In this document: positions 29,070 to 38,531 of the stretch, piece after piece | Position numbering within the stretch: position 1 is the first letter of the stretch | Layout of the letters: each line of letters starts with the position of its first letter | NCBI GenBank assembly: GCA_943787795.1 | Contig: CALSNU010000004.1 | Span: 731,345-795,344, forward strand | DNA length: 64,000 bases | Source of the DNA: an uncultured bacterium | Lineage (GTDB): Bacteria > Planctomycetota > UBA1135 > GCA-002686595 | Reading direction: 5' to 3' | Translations under genes and position numbers: made by a program | The notes under the pieces: model-generated | Databases searched by the model: none | What the model was told of the DNA's origin: nothing | What the model saw: the letters and a program-made list of their open reading frames with translations, nothing else

Positions 29070-30298
29070 CACTGGTCCATGTCTCCGCTGACGAACTTGC
29101 CGTCGAGCATGACGGCGTCGAGCTTGGTGTCCGGCTGGAAGGGGTCGCCGGAGAAGATGAGGAGGTTGGCGCGCTTGCCCTCGGAGAGGCTCCCGAGCCG
29201 GTCGCCCAGCCCCATGAAGGTGGCGGGGTTGTGGGTGATCGCGCGGACGGCGGCCTTGCGGTCGAGCCCGGCGCCGATCATCACACCCACGTCCTCGAGG
29301 AACGACTCGAAGCCGGCCTTGGAGTCCGTGCGGGGCAGCAGGACGAGCTTGGCGCCTGCGCGCTCGAACTCGGCCGGCAGGTTCCGCTGGCGAAGCGTGC
29401 CGGGGACGAGGGTGATCAGCGGCTCCATGAGCACGAAGCACCCGCGCTCACCGACCTTGTCGGCGACGTGGAAGACGTCGATGTCCCGCGTGAGCGGGAC
29501 GCGCAGGTGCCACTCGAACTCCTCGTCGCCGATGGCATCGATCAGGTGCTCGTAGCTCGCGGCGTTCCGGATGGAGACCAGCGCGCGGAGCTTCCCCTCG
29601 CGAAGGTCGAAGAACGGCTGCACCCGGGGGTCCGCGGGGGGCGGGACGAAGGTCTCCTTCGACTTCGACTTGGACGAGGACTTCTTCTTGTCCCCCTTCG
29701 CCTTGGCCTGGGCCTTGTCGAACTTCTCGCGCTCCTTCTCGACCTTCTTGAGATGGTCATCCGCCTTCTTGAAGCCGTCGCGCAGGTTGCGCTTTGCGCT
29801 GCTGTTGTTGCGCATGACGACCTTCAGGTAGACGCCGTCCTCGACGATCATCTCCTCGGCGGAGTCGCCCTTGGGGCGGACCGCGACCGCCTGGCCGGGG
29901 ATACCCTGGCCGGCGGGGTACTGCCCCACCGTGGTGACACCGTTCTCGAAGAAGGCCTTGTACGCGGCCGACGGGTAGAGCTCCGCGGACGCCATGACCT
30001 GGGGCCGTGAGTCGTTGTAGCCGCCCCCCGACATGCCGACGCGAGAGTAAGGGTTCACGAGGCCAGGCATGACGACCTGTCCCTCCTCGAGCTCGATCAC
30101 GGGGATGCCGCGCTCGACCGGGAGGTCCTGGCCCATGGTGACGATCTCGCCGTCTTCGACGAGGATCACGGCGTGCTCCATGACCTCCCCGTCGCCGAGT
30201 TCGACGCGGGGGGCCTTGATCACGAATAGATCTCCCTGGACCGGCGCAGCGGGAGCCGCGGCGATCGGGCCGAGGAGGAGGAGGGGTGAGAGGATCAT
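29069..30298 (-). CDS. Secreted amidohydrolase-fold protein, HxH lost (array gene 10)
   Basis: ATG 30298; signal peptide; PGLVNPYSRVG; GSLSEGKRANLLIFSGDP. Confidence 0.85.
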   Translation of the reverse strand: MILSPLLLLGPIAAAPAAPVQGDLFVIKAPRVELGDGEVMEHAVILVEDGEIVTMGQDLPVERGIPVIELEEGQVVMPGLVNPYSRVGMSGGGYNDSRPQVMASAELYPSAAYKAFFENGVTTVGQYPAGQGIPGQAVAVRPKGDSAEEMIVEDGVYLKVVMRNNSSAKRNLRDGFKKADDHLKKVEKEREKFDKAQAKAKGDKKKSSSKSKSKETFVPPPADPRVQPFFDLREGKLRALVSIRNAASYEHLIDAIGDEEFEWHLRVPLTRDIDVFHVADKVGERGCFVLMEPLITLVPGTLRQRNLPAEFERAGAKLVLLPRTDSKAGFESFLEDVGVMIGAGLDRKAAVRAITHNPATFMGLGDRLGSLSEGKRANLLIFSGDPFQPDTKLDAVMLDGKFVSGDMDQ

Positions 30299-30353
30299 GT
30301 GAGGTAGGTCCTGCGGGACACGCGACACTGCGCCGGCGTCCCGAGGTGTTCTG

Positions 30354-31553
30354 CTAGAAGAGCTGACCGTCGCGGTCGCGGTCGTACTCGAGGTCTCCGT
30401 CGATGAAGACGGAGCGCACGGAGGAGCGGGGGTCGAGCGGATCGCCGTCCCAGAGGACGACGTCCGCGTCCTTACCCACCTCGAGGCTTCCGACTCGATG
30501 GGCAAGGTTGAAGGAGAGAGCCGGGTGGATCGTGATCGCCCGGAGCATCTGATAGGCGTCCGCGCCGTAGCGCGCACTCATCGAGCCCTGGAGGAAGAAG
30601 TACTCCTCCGCGATCACGCCCGAGTCCGTGTTGAGGGAGAAGAGCGGCACGCCGGCGTCGACGAACTCCGCCGCGGTCCCGACGATCCGACCCTCTCGGC
30701 TGGAGTAGTAGTCGATGGTGCGCGGCCCGTGGTTCACCGGGATATCGATGGCTGCGAGCGCCGGGGCGACCTTCCACCCATCGAAGCTCCCGTGGGAGAT
30801 CACGGCGACGGCGCCGTACTTCACCTTCCACATGCGCGCAGTGTTCACTACGCCCTCGCTGCCGGCGGTGTGGATCAGCACGGGCAGGTCCCCGGAGACC
30901 ACCCTGGAGAGGTTCTCCAGCGCAGGGTCTCGTCGGCCCTGGCGGTAGGCTCCCAGGGCACGGTCCGCCACGTCGCGCAGGTTCCACTCCATCCCAGCGC
31001 GGGTGACGCCCACGTCCGTCGAGTTACGGCGCTGTGGGTTCGAGTCCTGGGCGACCTTGAGGCCCCCCGGATCTCGCACGACGCTGGCCTGGAAGCCGCC
31101 AGTGGAGCGTGACTTGTAGACGAGGCCGAAGCCGCCCATGTTGGACCCGCTCCCCGGGATCCCAAAGAGCGTGGTCACGCCGCCGGCGCGCCCCACCTCG
31201 ATCACGCCGTTCCCCGGGCGGTAGGACGGCGCAGCGCGGAGCTCAGGGTTCACGGCGTGGACCGTGTCGTTGATGTCCCCGAAGCCGCCGCTGTGGATGT
31301 GGGTGTGCAGATCGACGAAGCCAGGCACGGCCCATGTGTCCAGCGCAACCACGGGTGCGGGGCCCCCTTCGCGGGCCTCGATCGGCCCCGCGTAGGTGAT
31401 CTTGCCGTCCTCGAGCACGATCATCCCCGGAGAGTGGATCGCGTCGGCTTCGTTCATGGTGAGCACCTTGCCCACGTGCAGAACGACGGTGTCCAGCGCC
31501 GTCACCGGCGAGGCCAGGGCAGGCACAATCAGGGCGGCCAGGGAGTGCAGCAT
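30354..31553 (-). CDS. Secreted amidohydrolase, intact metal site (array gene 9)
   Basis: DLHTH, LKVAQ, IHTA, SHGS, NTD; TGATG overlap (ATG 31559 alternative). Confidence 0.92.
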   Translation of the reverse strand: MLHSLAALIVPALASPVTALDTVVLHVGKVLTMNEADAIHSPGMIVLEDGKITYAGPIEAREGGPAPVVALDTWAVPGFVDLHTHIHSGGFGDINDTVHAVNPELRAAPSYRPGNGVIEVGRAGGVTTLFGIPGSGSNMGGFGLVYKSRSTGGFQASVVRDPGGLKVAQDSNPQRRNSTDVGVTRAGMEWNLRDVADRALGAYRQGRRDPALENLSRVVSGDLPVLIHTAGSEGVVNTARMWKVKYGAVAVISHGSFDGWKVAPALAAIDIPVNHGPRTIDYYSSREGRIVGTAAEFVDAGVPLFSLNTDSGVIAEEYFFLQGSMSARYGADAYQMLRAITIHPALSFNLAHRVGSLEVGKDADVVLWDGDPLDPRSSVRSVFIDGDLEYDRDRDGQLF

Positions 31554-32800
31554 CACCATGCCCGGCCCCCGATCTCGGCGTCGTAGACCTTCTCGCCGTT
31601 GACCCAGACCGCGTCGAAGTGCGTCCGAGGATCGATCGGGTCGCCGTTGCAGACGAGGATGTCCGCGTGCTTGCCCGGCTCGAGGCTGCCGACTCGGTCG
31701 GCGATGCCCGACGTGCGCGCAGGAATGATCGTGACCCCACGGAGCCCCTGGGCCCGGTCGTTCCGGAGCCCATAGCGCACCCCCATGGCGGCCTGCGTCG
31801 TGAGCTCTTCCTGGGGGACGACGGGCGCGTCGGTGTTGAAGCCGATGTCGACCATGCCCTGCTCCTGGAAGCCCCAGGCGGTGCCCTCGATGCGCCCGTC
31901 CGTATCGAAGCGCGGGGGGCGGGGGGCCATGATCTCGCGCGGCCCCAGGATCGCACCGACGCCGAACTCCTTGGCCAGCGGCGTGGTGAGGTAGCTGTCG
32001 AAGGACCCGTGGTCGATGTAGGTCGGCAGGCCGAAGTCCCGCGCCAGCATCGTGATCGTCATCAGCACCAGCTGGTAGTACTGCGTGTGGGTCGAGACCT
32101 GGGTGTCGCCGGCATACAGGAAGCGGAAGATGTCCAGCTCGAGCTCACGCTCGGGCTTGTCCCCCTCCCCCTCGAGGTAGGCGTCCCACGCCTTGGCATA
32201 GGCCTGTCCGCGGCGGAGCCGGAACCGCAGCCCGTAGTTCATGAGGATGCGGCCCATGCCGTAGCCCCAGCGCGTCGGGTTATCGCCCTGGGCGATCTTC
32301 AGGGACCCGGGGTCGCGCAGCAGCGCCTCCTCGTAGCCGTCGATCCCGAGCTTCATGAGGACGCCGGTGCCCCCCATGTTGGTGCCCGAGCCAGGGATGA
32401 AGAGGATCGTCGTCACCCCTGCGGCGAGGGGCTTCTCCAAGTCGGAGTTGTTCGGGATGACCGCGGGCGACACGCGCAGCTCGGAGTTGAGCTGGTAGAC
32501 CATGTCGTTGATGTCGCCGCGCGAACCGCCCACGTGGCTGTGCAGGTCCACGAAGCCGGGCGCCAGCCACCGGTCGCCGTAGTCGATGACCTCGGCCCCC
32601 TCGGGGATCTCCACCGAGCCGGCAGGACCGATGGCCTCGATCTCGCCGTCGCGCAGGACCACGACTGGGTCCAGGATGAAGCCAGGGCCCTCGTACTCAC
32701 AGGTCAGCGCCTTCGCCGCCCGCAGGACCACAGCCTCTCCCTGGACGGCCGGAGCGGCGGTCCAGAGCAGGGCACAGGTGCTGGCGACGAGGGTGATCAT
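31553..32800 (-). CDS. Secreted amidohydrolase, intact metal site (array gene 8)
   Basis: DLHSH, LKIAQ, STHTQ, DHGS, NTD. Confidence 0.92.
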   Translation of the reverse strand: MITLVASTCALLWTAAPAVQGEAVVLRAAKALTCEYEGPGFILDPVVVLRDGEIEAIGPAGSVEIPEGAEVIDYGDRWLAPGFVDLHSHVGGSRGDINDMVYQLNSELRVSPAVIPNNSDLEKPLAAGVTTILFIPGSGTNMGGTGVLMKLGIDGYEEALLRDPGSLKIAQGDNPTRWGYGMGRILMNYGLRFRLRRGQAYAKAWDAYLEGEGDKPERELELDIFRFLYAGDTQVSTHTQYYQLVLMTITMLARDFGLPTYIDHGSFDSYLTTPLAKEFGVGAILGPREIMAPRPPRFDTDGRIEGTAWGFQEQGMVDIGFNTDAPVVPQEELTTQAAMGVRYGLRNDRAQGLRGVTIIPARTSGIADRVGSLEPGKHADILVCNGDPIDPRTHFDAVWVNGEKVYDAEIGGRAW

Positions 32801-32835
32801 GGGCGCTTCAGAGGCGGCGCGGGGCCGCCGTCACC

Positions 32836-34188
32836 TCACCAGAGGCGAGGCTCCTCCTTGGTGTCGTAGACCGTCTCGCCGCTCTGCCAGACATGCTTGA
32901 CGTAGCTGCGGGGGTCGGCGGGGTCGCCGGTGATGACGATCAGGTCGGCGATCTTCCCGACCTCGATGCTGCCGACGGCGTCGCCGAGGCCGCAGGCCAT
33001 GGCGGGGACGATCGTGAGGCCGCGGACCGCGTCCATGTTCTTGTTGTCGAACCCGTAGCGGACGCCCATGGCGGCCTGGAGCTGGAGCTCCTCCTGCGGG
33101 ATCACGGGTGAGTCCGTGTTGAATCCGAGGCGGGTCGTCCCCATCTCCTGGTAGCCGGCGACGCAGCCCTGGATCTTCTCCGGGTTAGACCCCGACCAGT
33201 TGATGAAGCCGCGGGTCGGCACGTCGATGGCGCGCGGCCCGACGATCGCGAACATCTCGCGCTTCTCGACCTCGGCGCCGAGGCGCCAGGTGTCGAACGT
33301 GCCGTGGTCGATGAAGACCGGGATGCCGAGCTCGTCGTGCACCATGGTCAGCGTCATCAGCGCGACCTGGTAGATCTGCGTGTGGGTCGAGACCTGGCAC
33401 TCGTTCTTCCGCAGCGAGCGGAAGATCTCGAACTGCGGGTTGATGGTCGGCTTGGCGCCGCCGTCCTTCTCGTAGGCCTCCCACTGCTTCGCGTAGGCGA
33501 TCCCGCGCTTGAACGTGTTGCGCGTGTGCCAGTTCATGAACGACCGGTTGGGCCGCAGCATCCAGCGCTCCGGGTTGCCGGCCTGGGCCAGCTTCATGGA
33601 GCCGGGGTCGCGGATGATCGCGCGCTCGTACTCGTCGAAGCCGGTGCGCAGGAGCACGCCCTGCCCGCCGATGTTCGTGCCCGAGCCAGGGAGGTAGAGC
33701 ACCGTCGTGACCCCTGCCGCGAGGCCGACGCGCAGCAGCGGATTGCCGCTGATGACGTCGCTGGAGGCCCGGATACCCGGGTTGGTGAGGTAGACGGTGT
33801 CGTTCAGGCCGAAGGCGCCCGCCACGTGGCAGTGCAGCTCGACCAGGCCGGGCATGACCCAGTCATCGCCCGCGTCGTAGACCGAGTATCCCTCCGGGAT
33901 CTCCGTCTCCGCCGCCGAACCGACCGCCTCGATGCGCCCGTCCTTCACGAGGACGACGCCGTTGTTGACCACGGAGCGCCCCTGCCACTCGGCCGTGAGG
34001 ATCTTCGACGAGCGGATCGCGAGGCCGGGGCCACCCTCCGCGCCAGGCTTCGCCACGGCTGCGGAGTTCGCCGGCGCCGGGGCCACGCCGAGCGGGTCGT
34101 TGCCGCCCGCCGCCGCGGTGACCATGGAGAGCGCGGCCACTGTCGCGCCGGCGAGAAGAGATCGGAGGGTGATGTTTCGTTCAGACAT
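32836..34188 (-). CDS. Secreted amidohydrolase, intact metal site (array gene 7)
   Basis: ELHCH, MKLAQ, STHTQ, DHGT, NTD. Confidence 0.92.
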   Translation of the reverse strand: MSERNITLRSLLAGATVAALSMVTAAAGGNDPLGVAPAPANSAAVAKPGAEGGPGLAIRSSKILTAEWQGRSVVNNGVVLVKDGRIEAVGSAAETEIPEGYSVYDAGDDWVMPGLVELHCHVAGAFGLNDTVYLTNPGIRASSDVISGNPLLRVGLAAGVTTVLYLPGSGTNIGGQGVLLRTGFDEYERAIIRDPGSMKLAQAGNPERWMLRPNRSFMNWHTRNTFKRGIAYAKQWEAYEKDGGAKPTINPQFEIFRSLRKNECQVSTHTQIYQVALMTLTMVHDELGIPVFIDHGTFDTWRLGAEVEKREMFAIVGPRAIDVPTRGFINWSGSNPEKIQGCVAGYQEMGTTRLGFNTDSPVIPQEELQLQAAMGVRYGFDNKNMDAVRGLTIVPAMACGLGDAVGSIEVGKIADLIVITGDPADPRSYVKHVWQSGETVYDTKEEPRLW

Positions 34189-34197
34189 GGTGTTCGC

Positions 34198-35547
34198 TCA
34201 GAAGCGCCGCTCCACCTCGGCGTCGTAGACCCGCTCACCCTCCTGGAAGGTGAGGTGGACCTGCGTCCGAGGGTCAGTGGGGTCACCGGAGGTGATGATG
34301 AAGTCCGCGTCCTTGCCGGGCTCGAGGCTCCCGATCCGGTCGTGGATGCCCGCCGCGAAGGCAGGAATGATGGTGAGGCCGCGGACGTGCTCGACCGCGT
34401 CGTTCTTGAACCCGTAGCGCACGGCCATGGAGGCCTGCAAGGGCAGCGCCTCCTGACCGATCACCGGGGCATCGGTGTTGAACCCGATCAGGGTGCAGCC
34501 GCCCTCCTGGTACTTCGCCGCCATCCCGAAGATGGCGCCGTCGTTGTCGTTCACGATGAACATCCCGGGGCGGTACTCGATGTTGATGCTCGCGCTGATC
34601 TGGCGCGGGCCGAGGATCGCAGGGACGCCCGCCTTGGCGGCGAAGGGCGCGGCGCGCCAGCCGTCGAAGGAGCCGTGGTCGATGTACACGTCGAGGCCCA
34701 GGTCCTCCTTGATCATCTGCACGGTGCGCAGGACGACCTGGTAGATCTGGGTGTGGGCCGACAGCTGGGTCTGCTTGGCGTAGAGGTCGCGGAAGACCTC
34801 CCACATCGGGTCGACCTTGGGGCGCGGCCCGTCGCCGTTGCTGAAGGCCTCCCAGCGCTTGGCGTAGGCGATCCCCCGCTCGATCGTGTTGCGGGTGTTC
34901 CAGTTCATGAAGGAACGCCCGACCCCGGAGAGGTAGCTCTCCGGGTTCCCTGCCTGCGCCAACTTCAGCGAGCCCGGATTGCGGATCTCCATCCGCTCGT
35001 AGCTGTCGAAGCCCGTCTTGAGCAGGACCCCGTGACCGCCGATGTTCGTGCCTGACCCGGGGATGTAGAGCACGCTCGTCACCCCTGCCGCCCTGCCGAC
35101 GACGAAGTCCGAGTTGCCCGGCACCACCGACGTGAACGCCCGGATACCGGGGTTGGTCAGATAGACCATGTCGTTCAGATCGTTGGTGAAGAAGCTCCGC
35201 CCAGCGACGTGACTGTGGAGGTCGATCAGGCCCGGCGAGACCCAGTCTCCCGACCGATCGAGCACGTCGTGCGTGGTGGCCATCGCCTCCAGATCCACGT
35301 CGGCGCGGGGCGTGACGCTCACGATCTTCCCGTCCTCGACCACGACGGCAGCGTTGTCGATGACCTGCTGCCCTTCCATGGGCAGCACGAGGGCCTTGCC
35401 GCAGAGCACGACCAGCCCCCGCTCCACACCCGCGGCCCCGCTCTCCCCCACGTCGACTCCAACGCCGGCCCCAAAGGAGGCGGACGCCGTGGAGGCGACA
35501 GCGAGCCACGCGCAGGCGGCGGTGCGGGCGAGGGAGGCGGCGCGCAT
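34198..35547 (-). CDS. Secreted amidohydrolase, intact metal site (array gene 6)
   Basis: DLHSH, LKLAQ, SAHTQ, DHGS, NTD. Confidence 0.92.
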   Translation of the reverse strand: MRAASLARTAACAWLAVASTASASFGAGVGVDVGESGAAGVERGLVVLCGKALVLPMEGQQVIDNAAVVVEDGKIVSVTPRADVDLEAMATTHDVLDRSGDWVSPGLIDLHSHVAGRSFFTNDLNDMVYLTNPGIRAFTSVVPGNSDFVVGRAAGVTSVLYIPGSGTNIGGHGVLLKTGFDSYERMEIRNPGSLKLAQAGNPESYLSGVGRSFMNWNTRNTIERGIAYAKRWEAFSNGDGPRPKVDPMWEVFRDLYAKQTQLSAHTQIYQVVLRTVQMIKEDLGLDVYIDHGSFDGWRAAPFAAKAGVPAILGPRQISASINIEYRPGMFIVNDNDGAIFGMAAKYQEGGCTLIGFNTDAPVIGQEALPLQASMAVRYGFKNDAVEHVRGLTIIPAFAAGIHDRIGSLEPGKDADFIITSGDPTDPRTQVHLTFQEGERVYDAEVERRF

Positions 35548-35552
35548 AGGGC

Positions 35553-38513
35553 TCAGCGGACCTCTTCCCCGTTGACGAAGACCCGCTCAATGGTGGAGGA
35601 GATCTCCATGGGAGAGCCGTCGAGGATGAGGATGTCGGCGTCCTTGCCGGGCTCGATGGTCCCGACGCGGTCATCGATGCAGAGCATGTGAGCCGCATCA
35701 AAGGTCAGCGCGCGCAGGGCGGCGGAGGGCGAGAGCCCCATGGCCACGGCGCGCGCCGCGATGACGCCAAGCTCCGCGGCGCCCTCCTCGGCTTGACTCA
35801 TGAACGCGACGGGGATCCCCGCGGCCGAGAGCTGGCCGAGGCGGCTGGTGGGGTTCCCGGCGCTATCGGTCGTCGACATGCGCGAGCGAGGCACGAGCAC
35901 GCCGCTGACGCGGCCGGCGATCTGGTCCGCGACCTTGTTGGCATCGTTCGCCTCGAAGAGGATCGGACGGATCCCGTACTGCTCGAAGGCGTCGACGCAG
36001 CTGAGGATCTGGTCGTCACGGTTGACCCGTACCAGGACCGCGGCCCCACCGGACATCGCCCGGCGGAGAGGCTCCAGGTCCGGATCGATCGACGGCTTCT
36101 TGGGCATGCCCTTCGGCGTCGAGGCCCGCTTGACCTTCTCCGGGATCCGCACCGGGCGGGCAGCGACCTTGTACTCGGTCGAGACCTGCTTGAGATCGAG
36201 GGTCTCGACCCGATCCCCTTCCCACTTGGCCTCGCCCCGCAGGAAGGTCTCGACCGGCTTCTCGGCGTCGGCTTTCTCCTCCTCCTTGGACTTCTTCTTG
36301 GCCCCCTTGGGCGGCGGGTCGTTGGAGTAGATCTGCGCGAGGCTGACGGCGAGGGCGCCGTCGAGGAGGTCGACCTCGAGCGTGACGTCGTAGCCGTCTC
36401 GGCTGCCCGTGACCGGATAGAGGCCGTCGAGATACGAGGCGCGCATCGAGCCCGTGATGGACCCGTCAGCATCCTCGAGGAGCCGCAGACGGACCTTCGA
36501 GCCCTCGACGCTGGGAGAGGTGCCCTCGAAGACGCCCGTCACCGGCTTGGCCGGGTCGCGCTCCTTCTTCTTCTTTTTCTTCTTCTCCTCGTCCTTCTTC
36601 TTCTCGCCGTCTTCCTCGTCGTCCTCGTCTTCCTTCTCCTCGTCGTCCGAGGCCGGCTCGGGGGCGGGCGGGGTCCACTTGGCCATGTCGGCCTCGTACT
36701 TGGCCCACTTGGCCGCGTAGTCCTTGGCCTTCTTGAGCGTCGCGCGGACGCTCGCGCCCGACTGGGTGACGATGCTCGAGTCCCACTGGAGCATCACGCT
36801 GGCGACAGGATCGATCACGAGGCCGCCGAAGTCAGTGGCGGCGGGCTTGTAGGCGATGGAGGGGGTCACGCTGCCGCGGTCCGGGGAGGTCAGGTTCACC
36901 GAGGTGACGCCGCGCTTCGAGACCTCACGGTCCGCGTAGTCCCCCGGCTCCAGCATGCGCGTCAGGTCGAAGCGCGTGGAGAACGCGCGCCTCCCGCCGC
37001 CATTGCCGAGGTAGCCGTAGGCATCGATCATGCCAGGCATGGCCGCGGCGCCGCGCACGACCCGTGCGCCGGCGGGCCGACCCACGCGGGCCGAGACCTC
37101 GGCGATCTTGCCGTCGCGCACGAGGATCTCGCCGGGGGTGTGGACCACGCCATCCCCCACGTACAGTTCGTCCACGCTGATGACCACGGACGTGCTGGGC
37201 TTGACGCCCTCGCGCTTCGACCCGGCGAGTTCCGTCGACCAGGCCAGCTCTCCGTTCACGTAGGTGGCCAGGACGCTCGAGCTGAGGGACATGGGGTCGC
37301 CGGACATGACGACCATGTCGCCGTCTTTGCCCGGAGACAGGCTCCCCACTCGATCCTCAACGCCGAGCACCTTCGCTGCGTTCAACGTGATGCCCGAGAG
37401 CGCCGCGCCGCGGGGCATCCCGCCACGCATGGCGAGCGCCGCGCCGAAGCGCAGGTCCGGAGCGCCAAGGGACCTCGGGGCGCGGATCGCCACCTGGACG
37501 CCCTCCCCCGCCAGGCGGGAGATCGTGTCGTAGCGAGGCCACGCCGCCGTGGCTCCCTTGCCGAAGTTGTTGCCGCCGTTGTAGTCGGGCCCAGCGATCA
37601 CGGGCACGCCCGCCTCCGCGATGGCGGCGGCCATGGAGGCCGAGCGGCTCGCGCCGTCAATCACCAGGTTCATCCCGTACCGCTCCTTGAGCTCCAGCAG
37701 GGCCTGGACCTCGCCGGCCGTCTCGGCGCCCATGCGCCAGGTGGCGCCAGCCTTCATGGCCTCTGCCAGGGCGGGGCCCGCCTGCGCGCCGTACTCGGCA
37801 ACCAGGGCGTCATCACCACCAGCGAGGGCCATGAGCTCATCGACCGCGAGGACCGCGCCCATGGTCGTGGTGGGCAGCTGCGGCTTGGGGACACCGAGAC
37901 CGACGTCCACCGTCGCGGGGACGGGGGGTTCCCAGTAACCGGGGGTCCGGCGAGCCTCGGAAGAGATCGAGCCGTGGATGCCGCTGCGCTCCCGGAGGAT
38001 CCGCTCGTCGGCGCTGACCGCGCTGCCGCCTCCCGTCTTCACGACGGCTCCCTGGCCGGCGATCAGGCGACCGCGGGCGGGGGGCAGGTAGACGGTGGTG
38101 ATCCCGTTCCGCAGGGCGGAGACGATCGGCGTATACGGATCGAACTGATCGATGGCAAGCAGGGTCGGGTCCGCCGTCCTGGGACCGGCGGTCTGCTGCG
38201 TGTAGTTCGAGTCCACGGCGACCAGCCCCGGCACGATGACCGCGTCAGGACCGTGGTCGATCACCTCGGCTCCGCCGGGCACGTCGATCGTGTCAGCCGG
38301 GCCGATGGCGACGATCTTGCCGTCCTCGACCAGCACGGCGCCGTCGCGGATGAGCTCCCCCACCTCAACGAGGTGAATGGTGCCGGCCTTGACGACGACG
38401 GCGTCACCCGCCGTGGGGGTCGCGGCGGAGGTGGCGATGGGCGCGGCCGAGGCCGCGGCGGTGAACGCCGCAAGCGTGAGGGCAGCGGCTCGTAGTTTCG
38501 GGGTCATGTGCAT
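35553..38513 (-). CDS. Secreted double amidohydrolase-domain protein, both domains degenerate, with inserted domain (array gene 5)
   Basis: PGLVAVDSN and PGMIDAYGY at HxH positions; two GS/TxxPGKDxD C-terminal motifs. Confidence 0.88.
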   Translation of the reverse strand: MHMTPKLRAAALTLAAFTAAASAAPIATSAATPTAGDAVVVKAGTIHLVEVGELIRDGAVLVEDGKIVAIGPADTIDVPGGAEVIDHGPDAVIVPGLVAVDSNYTQQTAGPRTADPTLLAIDQFDPYTPIVSALRNGITTVYLPPARGRLIAGQGAVVKTGGGSAVSADERILRERSGIHGSISSEARRTPGYWEPPVPATVDVGLGVPKPQLPTTTMGAVLAVDELMALAGGDDALVAEYGAQAGPALAEAMKAGATWRMGAETAGEVQALLELKERYGMNLVIDGASRSASMAAAIAEAGVPVIAGPDYNGGNNFGKGATAAWPRYDTISRLAGEGVQVAIRAPRSLGAPDLRFGAALAMRGGMPRGAALSGITLNAAKVLGVEDRVGSLSPGKDGDMVVMSGDPMSLSSSVLATYVNGELAWSTELAGSKREGVKPSTSVVISVDELYVGDGVVHTPGEILVRDGKIAEVSARVGRPAGARVVRGAAAMPGMIDAYGYLGNGGGRRAFSTRFDLTRMLEPGDYADREVSKRGVTSVNLTSPDRGSVTPSIAYKPAATDFGGLVIDPVASVMLQWDSSIVTQSGASVRATLKKAKDYAAKWAKYEADMAKWTPPAPEPASDDEEKEDEDDEEDGEKKKDEEKKKKKKKERDPAKPVTGVFEGTSPSVEGSKVRLRLLEDADGSITGSMRASYLDGLYPVTGSRDGYDVTLEVDLLDGALAVSLAQIYSNDPPPKGAKKKSKEEEKADAEKPVETFLRGEAKWEGDRVETLDLKQVSTEYKVAARPVRIPEKVKRASTPKGMPKKPSIDPDLEPLRRAMSGGAAVLVRVNRDDQILSCVDAFEQYGIRPILFEANDANKVADQIAGRVSGVLVPRSRMSTTDSAGNPTSRLGQLSAAGIPVAFMSQAEEGAAELGVIAARAVAMGLSPSAALRALTFDAAHMLCIDDRVGTIEPGKDADILILDGSPMEISSTIERVFVNGEEVR

Positions 38514-38531
38514 GGTTTGAACCCGCAGGGA

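Noticed and set aside
35688..38495. 935-aa plus-strand ORF and other long antisense ORFs (e.g. 33304-35055, 38508-40286, 13323-15197)
   Set aside because: Shadow ORFs opposite well-supported genes, expected at high GC; no recognisable motifs
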